A stretch of DNA of 63,486 nucleotides, counting the filler, from Octopus bimaculoides (lineage: Eukaryota), in assembly GCF_001194135.2 (NCBI RefSeq). It is 3 parts of 3 records of this genome, joined end to end, with 100 filler letters (N's around TTAATTAATTAA, not from the genome) between each part and the next. Parts side by side here need not be neighbours in the genome. Positions count along the whole stretch, not along the records: positions 1 to 16,972 come from NC_068986.1; 2 more parts are not named here. One strand, given 5' to 3'. The number at the start of each line of letters is the position of its first letter. The first letter of the stretch is position 1. The translations under genes were made by a program, and so were the position numbers. Below are positions 1-11,383 of the stretch, piece after piece. The notes beneath the pieces were generated by a model. The model made no database searches. It saw only the letters and a list, made by a program, of their open reading frames with translations, and was not told the origin of the DNA.

Positions 1-40
<40 letters not shown>

Positions 41-567
41 GATCATTTTAGTGCTTACTTTTTCAAGTTTGCATAAGTCAAACAGAGTTTATTGAGGCAG
101 ATTTTTTGTGGTCAGATGCCTTTCCTGTCACTAACCTTTCCCTGCTTCCAAGCAAAGTGATATTTCCCTATGCCCAGACATGTTTTTTATGTCTTTTGCA
201 GAATAATGACTGTGTGTGTGCGTGTGTATAAATATATATATACAAAATATCACCCAAAGAAATGCATGTATGAACATGATCTACCCGATGTCCATGGACA
301 AAAGGTCTGCACTGTAATCATCTCAGGAGTACAGACTATGACCTTAAGAAACATATGATCTGTGGAAACGCACATAGTGATGCATTAGAATATTTATAAA
401 TTCCATCCAAGGATTATTGTTGTTATCACTACATTTATCCTATGTTGGTACAGCTCGGTGTAACCCCAAAAAACTGGTATCACCAGTTGGCATCATAAGG
501 TTGTAGCTGGTATAATAGAATAGGACCTTTTATATGCATAATCAAAATGCTTCCCATAAACAGACTT

Positions 568-603
<36 letters not shown>

Positions 604-605
604 AA

Positions 606-757
606 CAGGTTTCTTTCAGTTTCCATTTACCAAATCTACTCTCAAAACTTTGGTTAACCACGGGCTATAGTAGAAGATACTCGTCCAAGATACTATGTAG
701 TGGGACTGAGCCAAAAACCATATGGTTGGGAAGTAAACTTCTTAACCATGCAGCCAC
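606..757 (-). mobile_element. tRNA-derived SINE family A (CORE-like), partial
   Basis: Reverse complement of the head/body seen at 1004 and 3235 (GGTTTCTTTCAGTTTCC...CTATAGTAGAAGA...CATGCAGCCAC). Confidence 0.75.
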
Positions 758-1003
758 ATGTATGTATATACAAGCACAGGAAGGGCTGGTGTAGTTAAAA
801 AGTCTGTTTCACAACCATGTGGTTACATGTTCAGTCCCACTGTGCAGCACATTGGACATCCATTATCATCCCACTTCTCTTTTACTTACACTCTTGTTCA
901 TGTTCACATTGAAATAACGAAGACAATTGAAAGTTGACAGGATGTTTTAGCCTAATAGAAGACAAGAGGGCAAAGATCTATACTAGTAAAATATATATAT
1001 ATA

Positions 1004-1228
1004 GGCGCAGGAGTGGCTGTGTGGTAAGTAGCTTGCTTACCTACCACATGGTTCTGGATTCAGTCCCACTGTGTGGCACCTTGGGCAAGTGTCTTCTACT
1101 ANNNNNNNNNNNNNNNNNNNNNNNNNNNNNNNNNNNNNNNNNNNNNNNNNNNNNNNNNNNNNNNNNNNNNNNNNNNNNNNNNNNNNNNNNNNNNNNNNNN
1201 NNNNNNNNNNNNNNNNNNNNNNNNNNNN

Positions 1229-1274
<46 letters not shown>

Positions 1275-1490
1275 CGTGTGTGTTTGTGTTTGTCCCCCCA
1301 ACATCGCTTCACAACCGATGCTGGTGTGTTTACGTTCCCGTAACTTAGCGGTTCAGCAAAAGAGACCGATAGAATAAGTACTAGGCATCCAAAGAATAAG
1401 TCCTGGGGTCGATTTGCTCGACTAAAGGCAGTGCTCCAGCATGGCCACAGTCAAATGACTGAAACAAGTAAAAGAGTAAAGAGAAAAGAG
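1004..1490 (+). mobile_element. SINE family A, full length, internal (TA)n tract spans a gap
   Basis: Head GGCGCAGGAGTGGCTGTGTGG (A-box-like), GGATTCAGTCCC (B-box-like), ACCTTGGGCAAG (CORE-domain-like), tail AAATGACTGAAACAAGTAAAAGAG. Confidence 0.85.
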
Positions 1491-1494
1491 TATA

Positions 1495-1880
1495 TGCACA
1501 ATTGTGGCTGTGTTGTAAGTTGGCTTCCCAACCACATGGTTCCAGGTTCAATTCCATAGCATGACACCTTGGGGTAGTGTCTTCTACTATAGCTTTGAAC
1601 TGACCAAGACCTTATGTGTGGATTTGGTAGACAGAAACTGAATGAAGCCTGTCATGTGTGTGTGTGTGTCTTTCTGCTTGTGTTTGTTCCCTGACCACAA
1701 CTTGACAACTGGAATTGGGTTCTTTACAACTCTGGAACTTAACAGTTCAGCAAAACAGACCAACAGAATAAGTACCAAGCTTAAAAGGAATGGCTACGGG
1801 ATCAATTCAGTTGACTAAAATTCTTCAAGGCAGTGCCCCAGTATGGCCACAGTCTAACGACTGAAACAAAGGATAAAAGA
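1495..1880 (+). mobile_element. SINE family A, older diverged copy in tandem with the previous one
   Basis: Same order of head, CORE-like segment, (TG)n and CCAGTATGGCCACAG...CTGAAACAA tail. Confidence 0.75.
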
Positions 1881-2116
1881 TACAGACATAAATCAGATTG
1901 GAGAGAAATTAGTTTGCCTCATTAGAGAAAGATCTTATGCTTAATATATAGATAAGGGCATCTGGTTAAGAAGTCTGCTTTGCAATCACATGGCTCTCAT
2001 TTTCATCCCACAATGCAGTACATTAACCACGTGGTTTCTGTTATAGCCTTGAGAATGGAATCCAAGTGACAGAAACTGTGAAGGGGCCTTTTATATGGAT
2101 ATGTAGAAAAACACCT

Positions 2117-2585
2117 GAGCTTGTGTCACATACAAACACACTCATGCCGGTGTCACATAGAATGCGTTCATGCTGGTGCCATGTAAGAGTATCTGTGCTG
2201 GTGCCACATAAAAGCATTCGTGCTAGAGTCACGTAAAGGTACCTGTGCTGGTGTCACATAAAGGTACCCATGTCATTACCACGTATAAAGGACCCATGAT
2301 GGTGCCACTTATAAAACACCAGTACCTGTGTCACATATAAGGCACCAAAGCTAGTGTGACATATAAAACACTTGTGCTGCTTCCTCATATAAAGCACTCA
2401 TATAAGTACCACATAAAAAGCACCCAGTACACTCTGTAAAGTAGTAGTCTTTAGGAAGGGCATCCAGCCATAGAAACCATGCCAAAATAGACAATATTAA
2501 CCTGGGCAGCTCTTCAGCTGGCCAGCTCCAGTCAAACTGTCCAACCCATGCCAGCATAGAAAATGGACATTAAATGATGATGATG
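2117..2585 (+). mobile_element. Interspersed repeat family V (GGAAGGGCATCC domain, (GAT)n tail) with expanded internal minisatellite
   Basis: About 12 degenerate ~25-bp units (GTGCTGGTGTCACATAAA...), then TAGGAAGGGCATCCAGC...CCATGCCAGCAT...TTAAATGATGATG. The GGAAGGGCATCC motif resembles the V-SINE central domain (recalled, not searched). Confidence 0.7.
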
Positions 2586-2829
2586 TTCTTTTTCTTCAGA
2601 GATTGTGTCACATTTGGTCCTTGAGTGCTTCTAAAGGAGTCCATTTTGTGGAAATCATTCAGGTCAGGGCTCCAGTCTAGACTGCCACTTGCGGTGGCAT
2701 TCACCTGGAGTGGATTGAGCCAGCTCTGACCAATGAGTTCACCACATCTCTCATGAATGTTGACCACATCCAACAGTCAGCCATAACATTCCAGCAGGCA
2801 AAGTAACTCTTTCTGCCTGCAGCCCAAAC

Positions 2830-2997
2830 ATCATCATCATAGTCATCATCTTCATCATTTAACGTTCGTTTTCCATGCTGGCATGGATTAAACAGTTTGA
2901 CTAAAAAGTGGTAAGCTTGGGAGCTGGACCAGGTTCCAATCTGATTTAGCATGGTTTCTACAGTTTGATGCCCTTCTTAATGCCAACCACTTCAAGA
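2830..2997 (-). mobile_element. Family V repeat, 3' part
   Basis: CATCATC...TTTCCATGCTGGCATGG...GATGCCCTTCTTAATGCCAACC is the reverse complement of the family V 3' end. Confidence 0.75.
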
Positions 2998-3234
2998 ATG
3001 CAAATTTGACAAATGCCCTACTGGGAGAGCAAGCATATCAAATAGTATGGATGTCCTAGCTGTAGCCACCATTCATTGTTGAGGCATAGAGTTCATGTTC
3101 AGAGTTTCAGTGGGAATATGTCAAGTCTAAGGGTAACCTTTGAATCATTATTTCTTCTTTCCTTTCTCATACCAGTTTTTGAAGCCCTGAATATGAACAT
3201 GGCGCTACCTTCTCTCTTCTGACCAAACCATATT

Positions 3235-3460
3235 CTCTTTCTCTCTCTTTTACTCTTTTACTTGTTTCAGTCATTTGACTGCAGCCATGCTGGGGCACCG
3301 CCTTTAGTCGAGTAAATCAACCCCAGGACTTATTCTTTGTAAGCCTAGTACTTATTCTATTGGTTTCTTTTGCCAAACCGCTTAGTTACGGGGACATAAA
3401 CACACCACCATTGGTTGTCAAGCGATGTTGGGGAGGACAAACACAGACACACAAACATAT

Positions 3461-3493
<33 letters not shown>

Positions 3494-3664
3494 CATATAT
3501 ACGACAGGCTTCTTTCAGTTTCCGTCTACCAAATCCACTCACAAGGCTTTGGTCAGCCCGAGGCTATAGTAGAAGACACTTGCCCAAGATGCCACGCAGT
3601 GGGAATGAACCCGGAACCATGTGGCTGGTAAGCAAGCTACTTACCACACAGCCACTCCTGCGCC
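3235..3664 (-). mobile_element. SINE family A, full length, young
   Basis: Complete reverse complement from the tail (CTCTTTTACTTGTTTCAGTCATTTGAC) to the head (CAGCCACTCCTGCGCC). About 7 mismatches in ~97 nt against the head of the 1004 copy. Confidence 0.9.
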
Positions 3665-3767
3665 TATATAAAAACAAAATGCATACTGGCAATCATTTAA
3701 CAATCATCATAAAGAAAGAAATAATTCTCAGAGGAAGGTTTTTGTCCTTTTTTAAAGCACAACTTAC

Positions 3768-3918
3768 CTATAGCAACGGCTTACAAACACCTCGTCTGTA
3801 AAGCCCATGCCACCCCAGTACTGTAAGCAGGAGTCAGACACCTCACGAGCGAGACGACCTCCTTTTAGCTTGCACATTGAAGCATACTTGGTAACGTCAT
3901 TTCCAGCTATGTACAAAC
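3768..3918 (-). CDS. Acyl-CoA dehydrogenase, internal coding exon (most 3' exon visible)
   Basis: TTTTTTCAG acceptor, GTAAGT donor. Translates (G)LYIAGNDVTKYASMCKLKGGRLAREVSDSCLQYWGGMGFTDEVFVSRCY(R), containing the ACAD Q-x-x-GG-x-G FAD motif. 151 bp, phase 1 to phase 2. Missed by the ORF track. Confidence 0.95.
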
Positions 3919-4744
3919 CTGAAAAAAGAAGAAAAAAAAGGATGAGAGAGAGAGAGAGAGGAATAATTAAATAAACTATTTAGTAAAATATTCTGTAGTA
4001 AAATTCACCCAGGTTAAAGGTTATAAGGTGATTGAGTTGAAGCACTGTAAACCCACTCAGTCACCTTTACTGTAAACCCACTCAGTCAAATGGGGTTTTG
4101 TTTTTGTGAGTTACATGACAACCTCATTAGTGTTGGTGCCATGAAACAAAGCACCCCAGTACACCTTGTAAAGCAGTTGGCATTAGGAAGAGTATCCAGC
4201 TGTAAAGACCATGCCATAGAAGACATTAGATATCTTTCTGGCGGCAGCAGTGGCGGCATGTGGTAGTACATACTTTCATCACAGGAAAAATTTTGTTCAA
4301 GGCAGTGCTCCAGCATGGCCAGTCAAATGACTGAAACACGAAAAAGACTAAAACAATAACAAAACTTTTGTGAACACTGAGTAACAAAATTTTTTTTTTT
4401 TTTCATTTTTTTATTATTTATCTATTTATTTATTTATTTTGTCACCGTTCACTAAGTGTTATTTTCCTATTTGCTTCCACCTAGAAACCAAAGCCAATTA
4501 CTACTATTCCTTTCATCAAAGCAAAGTCTGAAGAAAATAATAGCCAGTTTTCATATTTTACAGGGGTAAGCAAATAGGAAATAACAGCAGCCACCCAACA
4601 ACAAAAATCATGTTACACAGTCATAATGAGAGGGAACAGCACTGCAGCATATCTGTGATTTATATTTGTATTCAGTTATCTCTTGGTCTTTTATCTTTTA
4701 CATAATTTATTATTATACCCTTATTGCATCCATATATTTTTTCT

Positions 4745-5131
4745 TTTTTATTTCTTTTACTTGTTTCAGTCATTTGATTGCGGTCATACTGGAGCACAAC
4801 CTTTAGTCAAACAAATCGATCCCAGGACTTATTCTTTGAAAGCCTAATACTTATTTTATCGGTCCTTTTTTGCCGAACTGCTAAGTTACGGGGACATAAA
4901 CACACCAACATCAGTTGTCAAGCGATGGCGGGAGGGGGACAAACAGACATACAAATACATACATACATACATATATTATATATATATATATATATATACG
5001 ATGGGCTTCTTTCGGTTTCCATCAACCAAATCCACTCACTAAGTCTTTGTTCAGCCTGAGGCTATAGTAGAAGATAATTGACCGAGGTACCATGCAGTGG
5101 GACTGAACCCAGAACCATGTGGTTGGGAAGT
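4745..5131 (-). mobile_element. SINE family A, head slightly truncated
   Basis: Same layout as 3235-3664. Confidence 0.85.
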
Positions 5132-5329
5132 ATCAATAAAATAAATACCAGTAAAGTAATGAAGTTGATTTAATTCACTACATATCACCTCACCAAAAGT
5201 TTTGGCTTTATGCCTACATTAAAAAGTTTTATTTAATGAGGTGCAATATCTGTGAAGTTAGAGTGCTGGACTACTGACTACAAAGACACAAGTTCAAACC
5301 TTATTACAATCATTTTTTTGTTTTAATGG

Positions 5330-5670
5330 CTTGGTCATGGCCAGTAACATTATCTACAAATGTTGGACCTCACAGGGTGATGACAAGTGACTGAGAACAT
5401 TGGCAATATGCTGTGCTTGAGAAGACTTGTCAAGTAAAGTGAAATCATAGTTGTAGCCATTGCCAGTGTCATGTAAATGGCACCCATGCTGGTGGCACAT
5501 AAAAAGCACCCATTACATTCTCGGAGTGGTTGTTCATTATGAAGGGCATCTAGCTGTAGAAACCATGCCAAATCAGACTGGAGCCTAGTGCAGCCCTCCA
5601 GTTTACAGTTCCAATCAAACCATCTAACCCATGCCAGCATGGAAAGTAGACGTTAAATGATGATGATGGT
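5330..5670 (+). mobile_element. Family V repeat
   Basis: Two minisatellite units, GAAGGGCATCTAGCTGTAGAAACC, tail TTAAATGATGATGATG. Confidence 0.7.
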
Positions 5671-6184
5671 GGTCATGGGAAAAACAGCAGTACCCAAGAC
5701 CTTTTCAGAACTTCTGATATTAATGGTAGGAAAGGGAAGACTAGACCATGATTCAATGTACGTTGAAGTAGCATGTCAATGTACTGATTTATCCTGGGAC
5801 GATAGAGCATACTTTCAACAGAGAAGGTACTACTGAAAGCACACAAAGGTTCGATGGGTGTAATAAAATCAGGTGATAGGTTACATCTACCACTCAAATT
5901 TAGATCCAAATAATCTTTCAAACATGTTTTGGTGAGTGGCAATCAATAATCGTGAAGAAATTTTTCCACTTTACAACATGCTTCAAAATGGGTTAAAATG
6001 GAAAATTATAAGATGGTGAAATGTAATTGTCGACATTTTGCATATGCAATGAGTTGAAAATTGTTTATTTCTTAGAGATACAGAATTTCATAAATGATCT
6101 ATTTTAGTGTGTCATGTTAGGTGAAAGTGAATAATTCTAAAGAAATTTTATGCTTTATAATGGGTGCTCAGTCCTAATCTTGCA

Positions 6185-6450
6185 GGCTCATGGGTGCTGG
6201 TGCCACATAAAAAGCCTCCGTACTGGTGTCGCGTAAACACCCCATGCTGGTGCTGCATAAAAAGCACCCAGTACACTCTGTAAAGCAGTCGGCATTAGGA
6301 AGGTCATCCAACTGTAGAAACCATGCCAAAACAGACATGAAACCTGGGCAGCTCTTCAGCTGGCCAGCTCCTGTCAAACTGTCCAACCCATGCCAGCATG
6401 GAAAATGGATGCTAAATGATGATGATGATGATAATGATGATGATGATGAT
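6185..6450 (+). mobile_element. Family V repeat
   Basis: 3-4 minisatellite units, TTGGCATTAGGAAGGTCATCC, (GAT)n tail. Confidence 0.75.
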
Positions 6451-6747
6451 GGACTAAAAATGAAAAATTCTAACAGGACTGAAGGTACAAAAATTACGAA
6501 TGTGATGTGTCTTGTGTTATGACACTTAATAGTGCTTGCTCATGTTTGTCTAGTTTTAAGCAGGAAGAACATCCAGCTATGAACAGCAATTGCTTCAACA
6601 AATAAAGCATTCTACTAATATGCAAAAATGGGGAAAAAAAACAAGAAAAACAAAGTAGAAAATCAACAAAAGACCAAACATACAAAACTGTTGCATCAAT
6701 GGAAAAACTTAATCTATTGATTTGTTCCAGCCAGGTATGAAATGTTT

Positions 6748-7180
6748 TGATACAGCCATTTTGATGCCACTGATATGACATCAGTGATTTGATGCTGACT
6801 TATTTGACATTAGACGTTATAATGTTTTTCTTGTTTTTCCTGCTCCCTCACTCTCTCTTTCTCTACTTATATGTGTGAGAATCTAGTTATGTTTGCATGT
6901 ATGTGTTAATATCTTTCTCTGATTCTATCTGTCTGTCTCAACCTTTCTCTGGTTTTGTCTGCCTGTCTCTTTCTCCCCCTCTCTCTCTCACACACACACA
7001 CACTCACTCACACATTCACTCACTCTCTATATATGTATATTTCTGCATGTGCATTTACATGTGTGTGTGTGAGTGTTTACCTCCAGTGCCAAAATGTACC
7101 ATCACCAAAACAGGTTGAATGCCCAATCAACTGCACCCAAATCGTCAGCACCCAAATATCTATGCCCAGCCATCACATTC
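6748..7180. mobile_element. Putative non-autonomous DNA transposon with sub-repeated ends (second copy at ~57955-58290)
   Basis: GACTTATTTGACAT...ATCTAGTTATGTT...TTTACCTCCAGTGCCAAAA...AGGTTGAA...AATCGTCAGC is shared in the same order with 57955-58290. Superfamily not determined. Confidence 0.45.
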
Positions 7181-7402
7181 CATCACCAACCACATTATAG
7201 GCAATGAGATCTGTTAATTCCCCTTCAGGTCCTCTTCTTAACTTCAGTTAAGTCTTTTTGAAGAAGAACAAAAAAAAAAAAAGTTGCCCAAAATCTGTTT
7301 TTTGAAGAACTATCTACAATAAATACCAAAATATTATCACAAAGATAACATTACAAGTGAGACAGCACTGCACCTATCTCAACTCACACCTGGGATACTT
7401 AC

Positions 7403-7564
7403 CAACACATTTATGAAAGAGTGCTTTGTAAAATTCCATTTCTGTCGCCAGCTCAGCAAGTCTAAAGTGTACCACTTGGTGGTCAAGAACAGACTTATCA
7501 AAGATTTTCCGACCAGCTGTATACTCAATAGTTTGCTTAATTATTTTCTCCAGAGGCCTAATCA
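7403..7564 (-). CDS. Acyl-CoA dehydrogenase, internal coding exon
   Basis: Polypyrimidine...CTGCAG acceptor, GTAAGT donor. Translates (M)IRPLEKIIKQTIEYTAGRKIFDKSVLDHQVVHFRLAELATEMEFYKALFHKCV(G). 162 bp, phase 1/1. Contains the ACAD R-x-x-F motif. Confidence 0.95.
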
Positions 7565-7689
7565 CTGCAGACATAAAGCAAAAGAAAAAAAGAAAACAAA
7601 CAGTATGTTAACTCAACTCTGGAAGACAACAATTAAACATTGGTACATTATAACTCCTTAAACTGTTTACAGCGAGAGCAAACAGTTTA

Positions 7690-7949
7690 TTTTTTCCACT
7701 TTATGGAAGTCAATATTTTATCTGTTGACATCCATTTCAGTTGATTTTGTTTTTCTCCCAATTCTGTGCTTTCTGTAAGAAAAGCTCTCATGTAACTGAG
7801 ATGTGGTGTCAACGCAAAATTTCAAATGGTCATAGTCTTTTGGTGGCAGAGGTACCTTGTGGGTTTTTACATAAACAATATATGAATTAACTATAGTTAG
7901 ACATAATGCTGGAGATATAGAGATCACCATACCTTATATCAGGATTCCA
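7690..7949 (-). mobile_element. piggyBac transposase fragment, second copy of 9781-10036
   Basis: Colinear with 9781-10036 by eye (e.g. GATCACCATACCTTATATCAGGATTCCA in both). No TIR seen. Confidence 0.8.
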
Positions 7950-8178
7950 TTTTACTTGGGTGAACCCCCATAATCGTTTGATCTTTAAAAAATCCTATTA
8001 TATTTTTAGAATTAAATATTATTAGGACTTCTATAAAAATTGTTAACATATTTTGTTAAAATTGTTAAATTATTAAAGTATTGTGGACATATAACCAATT
8101 TATTGCGCATAAAATTTAACAAAATCTTATATGGCCCCCACCAAGGGTCATGTGGACCTTGGTTGGGAACCACTAGAT

Positions 8179-8527
8179 CAGGGGTTCTCAACCATTTTTT
8201 ATCTATAGATCCTTTTGATTACTATTTTTTTCTGGTGGACTCCCATAGCCATTCGATGTTTAAAAACTAGTTTTATAGATACTTCCTTCAAATTTCCTAT
8301 TTTGTTTTTTTCAAACATTCACTTGTGTAGGATGAACTAAGTAAAATGTTAGAGAAAGAAACCTGCTTCTTGCAATATATACTGATACACACATGTAAAG
8401 CAAATTTTTTTTCTGGGGCCCTTAAAATACCATTGTGGATCTCCAATTTACTATTTTGTTATACAGACCCACTAAAAATCTTATACGGACCCTCAGGAGC
8501 CATATGGATCCCATTTCAGAACCACTG
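8179..8527. mobile_element. hAT (Charlie-like) MITE
   Basis: Starts CAGGGGTTCTCAACC and ends TTTCAGAACCACTG. No 8-bp TSD found. The end of another copy (GGTTGGGAACCACTAG) lies immediately to the left. Confidence 0.6.
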
Positions 8528-8582
8528 GTTGACAGCTTTAACTATGTTCATAATTCAGATACGTCCTCCCCCTCCTCCTCCT

Positions 8583-8830
8583 CATTATCATCATTTAATG
8601 CCCGCTTTTCATGTTGACATGGGTTGGACAGTTTGACTGAGGACTGGCAAGCCAGGAGGCTGCACCAGACTCTAATCTAATCTGGCAAAGTTTCTACAGC
8701 TGGATGCCCTTCTTAAAGCCAACCACTTTGAGAGTGTAGTGGGTGTTTTTTACATGCCACTGGCACAGGAGCCAATCAGGCAGCACTGGCATCGACCACG
8801 CTTAAATGATGCTTTTTACGTGCCACTGAC
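8583..8830 (-). mobile_element. Family V repeat
   Basis: CATCATTTAATGCCCGCTTTTCATG...GGATGCCCTTCTTAAAGCCAACC. Confidence 0.75.
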
Positions 8831-8925
8831 ACAAAAATATATAAGTTTAGAGTTCCTCACCATATAATTGTTTTTAATAACTTTTTAATGTTTTATTCAT
8901 TAATAGAATATTAATACTAATTTAA

Positions 8926-10793
8926 CCCTTTAGTGTTCAGATTAATCTGTCAAAATGTAATGCTTATTTTTTCACGTTATTTTGAATTATTCAGTTTCAA
9001 TAGAGGTGTCCACAATACTTGCTTGAAACTTTGTTAATTTTTTAAGTAAAGATTTGAAATTTTATCAGTTGGTGCTTATATACTTATATACCAGTAGATT
9101 ATAGTTATGTAATTTTAACTGATCTTGCTTGATTAAATTTGACTTTTATGGGCAGGTAAATTTAGTTAAGAGGTGTAAAAGCAATAACATTATGGATAAA
9201 CACTAAAATTGAAATTCTTAATGCATCTTACCTGCTTGATTTATTGCTAAAATTATCCCAGATGTTAACCGCCAACAATTTTGCCACTTTTCAAGATGCA
9301 GTACATTAATTTGAATTAATTGAAATACAGGTATAATTGGTACAAGATCTTATTCCTTCTCTATATTTGATTCAAACATTTACATTGAAAATAAAGTACA
9401 AAATTCTTTTACTAATCCCTATACCATTTACTAATCACAATACCATTTACTAATCACTATACATAACAGAAAGCCTCTAATAAAAAAGCTCATTAACAGG
9501 TGAGGCAAAGGTGAATATAGGTGTGTAACATGCTGAAAATTAATATTTATTTCTCACTTTCACATATTATTTGTAATAAAATGAAAGGAATATATGATAG
9601 TATTACTATTAAACAACAAAATATAGTTGTGCCATATTTCTATCATGAAACTGTCCATAGCACCCTTAACACAAGGGCACTTTGCAAAACGAACACATAT
9701 ATGAGGTCTCAACCTGATATTCTTTCACAGTTTTCCTTTTTTGCAGCGAACACAATCTGCAGACTTTTTTCCTCCATTGATTTTTTCCACTTTATAGAAG
9801 TCAATATTTTCTCTGTTGACATCTCAGTTAATTTTGTTTTTCTCCCAGTTCTGTGTTTTCTGGAAGAAAAACCCTCATGTAACTGAGATGCGGTGTCAAT
9901 CCAAAATTTCAAATGGTTGTAGTCTTTTGGTGGCAGAGGTGCCTTGTGGGTTTTTACATAAACAATATATGAATTAACTATAGTTAGACATAATGCTGGA
10001 GATATAGAGATCACCATACCTTATATCAGGATTCCAGTAGTTCCACAGTTGAGGAAGCTACTTGATACCAAACATAATGTATATAGTAAAAAATAGCTCA
10101 CATTTCTGCAGTATCAGTTGGCTGCCATAGTGGATCAGGTCTTCCACAAATAGAAATTATGTGTTGAGCATATTTGTTTCCTTCACAACAGTTTCAAAAA
10201 CACTTTATGGTAAAAATAAAAATAAACAGTCCAGTGGTTGAGTACCACGAGGTAGACTGTATTGTGGACTAGTCTTTCCTGTGAAATCGGGAACTGTGAT
10301 TGATGTAGCAATCTTCAATCATGTTACCATAATGTTTGCAATATCATTTTCATCACTTTCATTTTTATCACTTTCATTATCAAAATCTTCCTTGTCCAAC
10401 GAAGATTCATAAATGTCAATATGATTCGTCCAAAGACAAATCACTGTTGTTTCTGATTATATTTTGTACATCACCAAGAGTAAAACCTTTGAAGTCAGAA
10501 TCACTACTTCCTGCTGCCATATCATAAAAAACAAAGATATACACTTCTCTTCAATTGTTGAAAAAACAAAGAAGTCTCAAAACTTTTTACTTGAATAAGT
10601 AATATTTTTACTTGAATAAAGGCAGGAAAGACTTTATCTCGCATTATCTCAAAGCCACGAGAATTCAATAATATGGTTTGTTTATTGTTTTAGTGATTTC
10701 ATAGAGGAATCAGATATGGTTAGATTTGGCTGGTTCAAACAAATAAAGGAGAGTAATTTTCCACAAGTTTTGGCCAGTCTAAACACTAATGGG
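8926..10793 (-). mobile_element. Internally deleted piggyBac element (PGBD4-like transposase pseudogene) with TIRs and TTAA target sites
   Basis: TTAA at 8922-8925 and 10794-10797. TIRs CCCTTTAGTGTTCAGA / CCCATTAGTGTTTAGA (2 mismatches in 16). Minus-strand remnants: MAAGSSDSDFKGF (ATG 10520), VPDFTGKTSPQYSLP, IMFGIK*LPQLWNYWNPDIRYGDLYISSIMS, and Cys-rich C-terminus DCVRCKK...ETSYMCSFCKVPLC*GCYGQFH. Confidence 0.9.
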
Positions 10794-10837
10794 TTAAACA
10801 CTGTTACTCTCATAACTTTGTTAAGATCAAAGTTCAA

Positions 10838-11038
10838 GACAGCGACAAGGTAGCAGGATTGTTAGCATGTTGGGCATTTGTCTTTGTGTTCCAAGTTCAA
10901 ATTCCACCGAGGTCGACTTTGCCAGTCATCATTTCAGGGTCGATAAAATAAGTACCAATTGAGCACTGGGGTCGAAGTAATCGACTTATCCATGCTCTGC
11001 GAGCTTGCTGGCCTTTGTACCAAAATTTGAAACCAATA
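10838..11038 (+). mobile_element. tRNA-derived SINE family B
   Basis: AGTTCAAATTCCACCGAGGTCGACTTTGCC...GTCGATAAAATAAGTACC...CACTGGGGTCGA. Confidence 0.8.
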
Positions 11039-11383
11039 TCAAAATTCAAGTTATTCCTTCTTTGGGCACCTGAAAACAAGTTTCACAGAAAGTAGTTCTA
11101 GATAGAAATGTCACAGGAGAACCATGTCAGCAAATGTCTTCATGAACTAGGCTTTGTTGACCAATTCACATCCTTAACAGTAATGTAAGACACAGAGAAC
11201 CAATTCAAGGTTGGTTTTGCTGCAGGGATTGTTGCAAGAAACTGAAAAAAAAACTGAATCTTCAGAAACTGAAAGCAATAAACTTGTCCCTTAAAATGTG
11301 AAATATTCTCCCCCTTAAGACATTATAAAAAAAAAATTATGAAAGAAAAGTTTTAGAAAATAAACAAAGAATGCAAAACTCAC

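Noticed and set aside
1004-1100. tRNA genes at SINE heads (also at 54869, 57300, 58728)
   Set aside because: Only A- and B-box-like remnants are present, with no complete cloverleaf. Each continues into a SINE body.
2570-2830. Non-repetitive ORF as a candidate last ACAD exon
   Set aside because: No D-x-R-L...GGG-x-x-E-x-M motif in any minus frame I read. The last exon probably lies left of the window.
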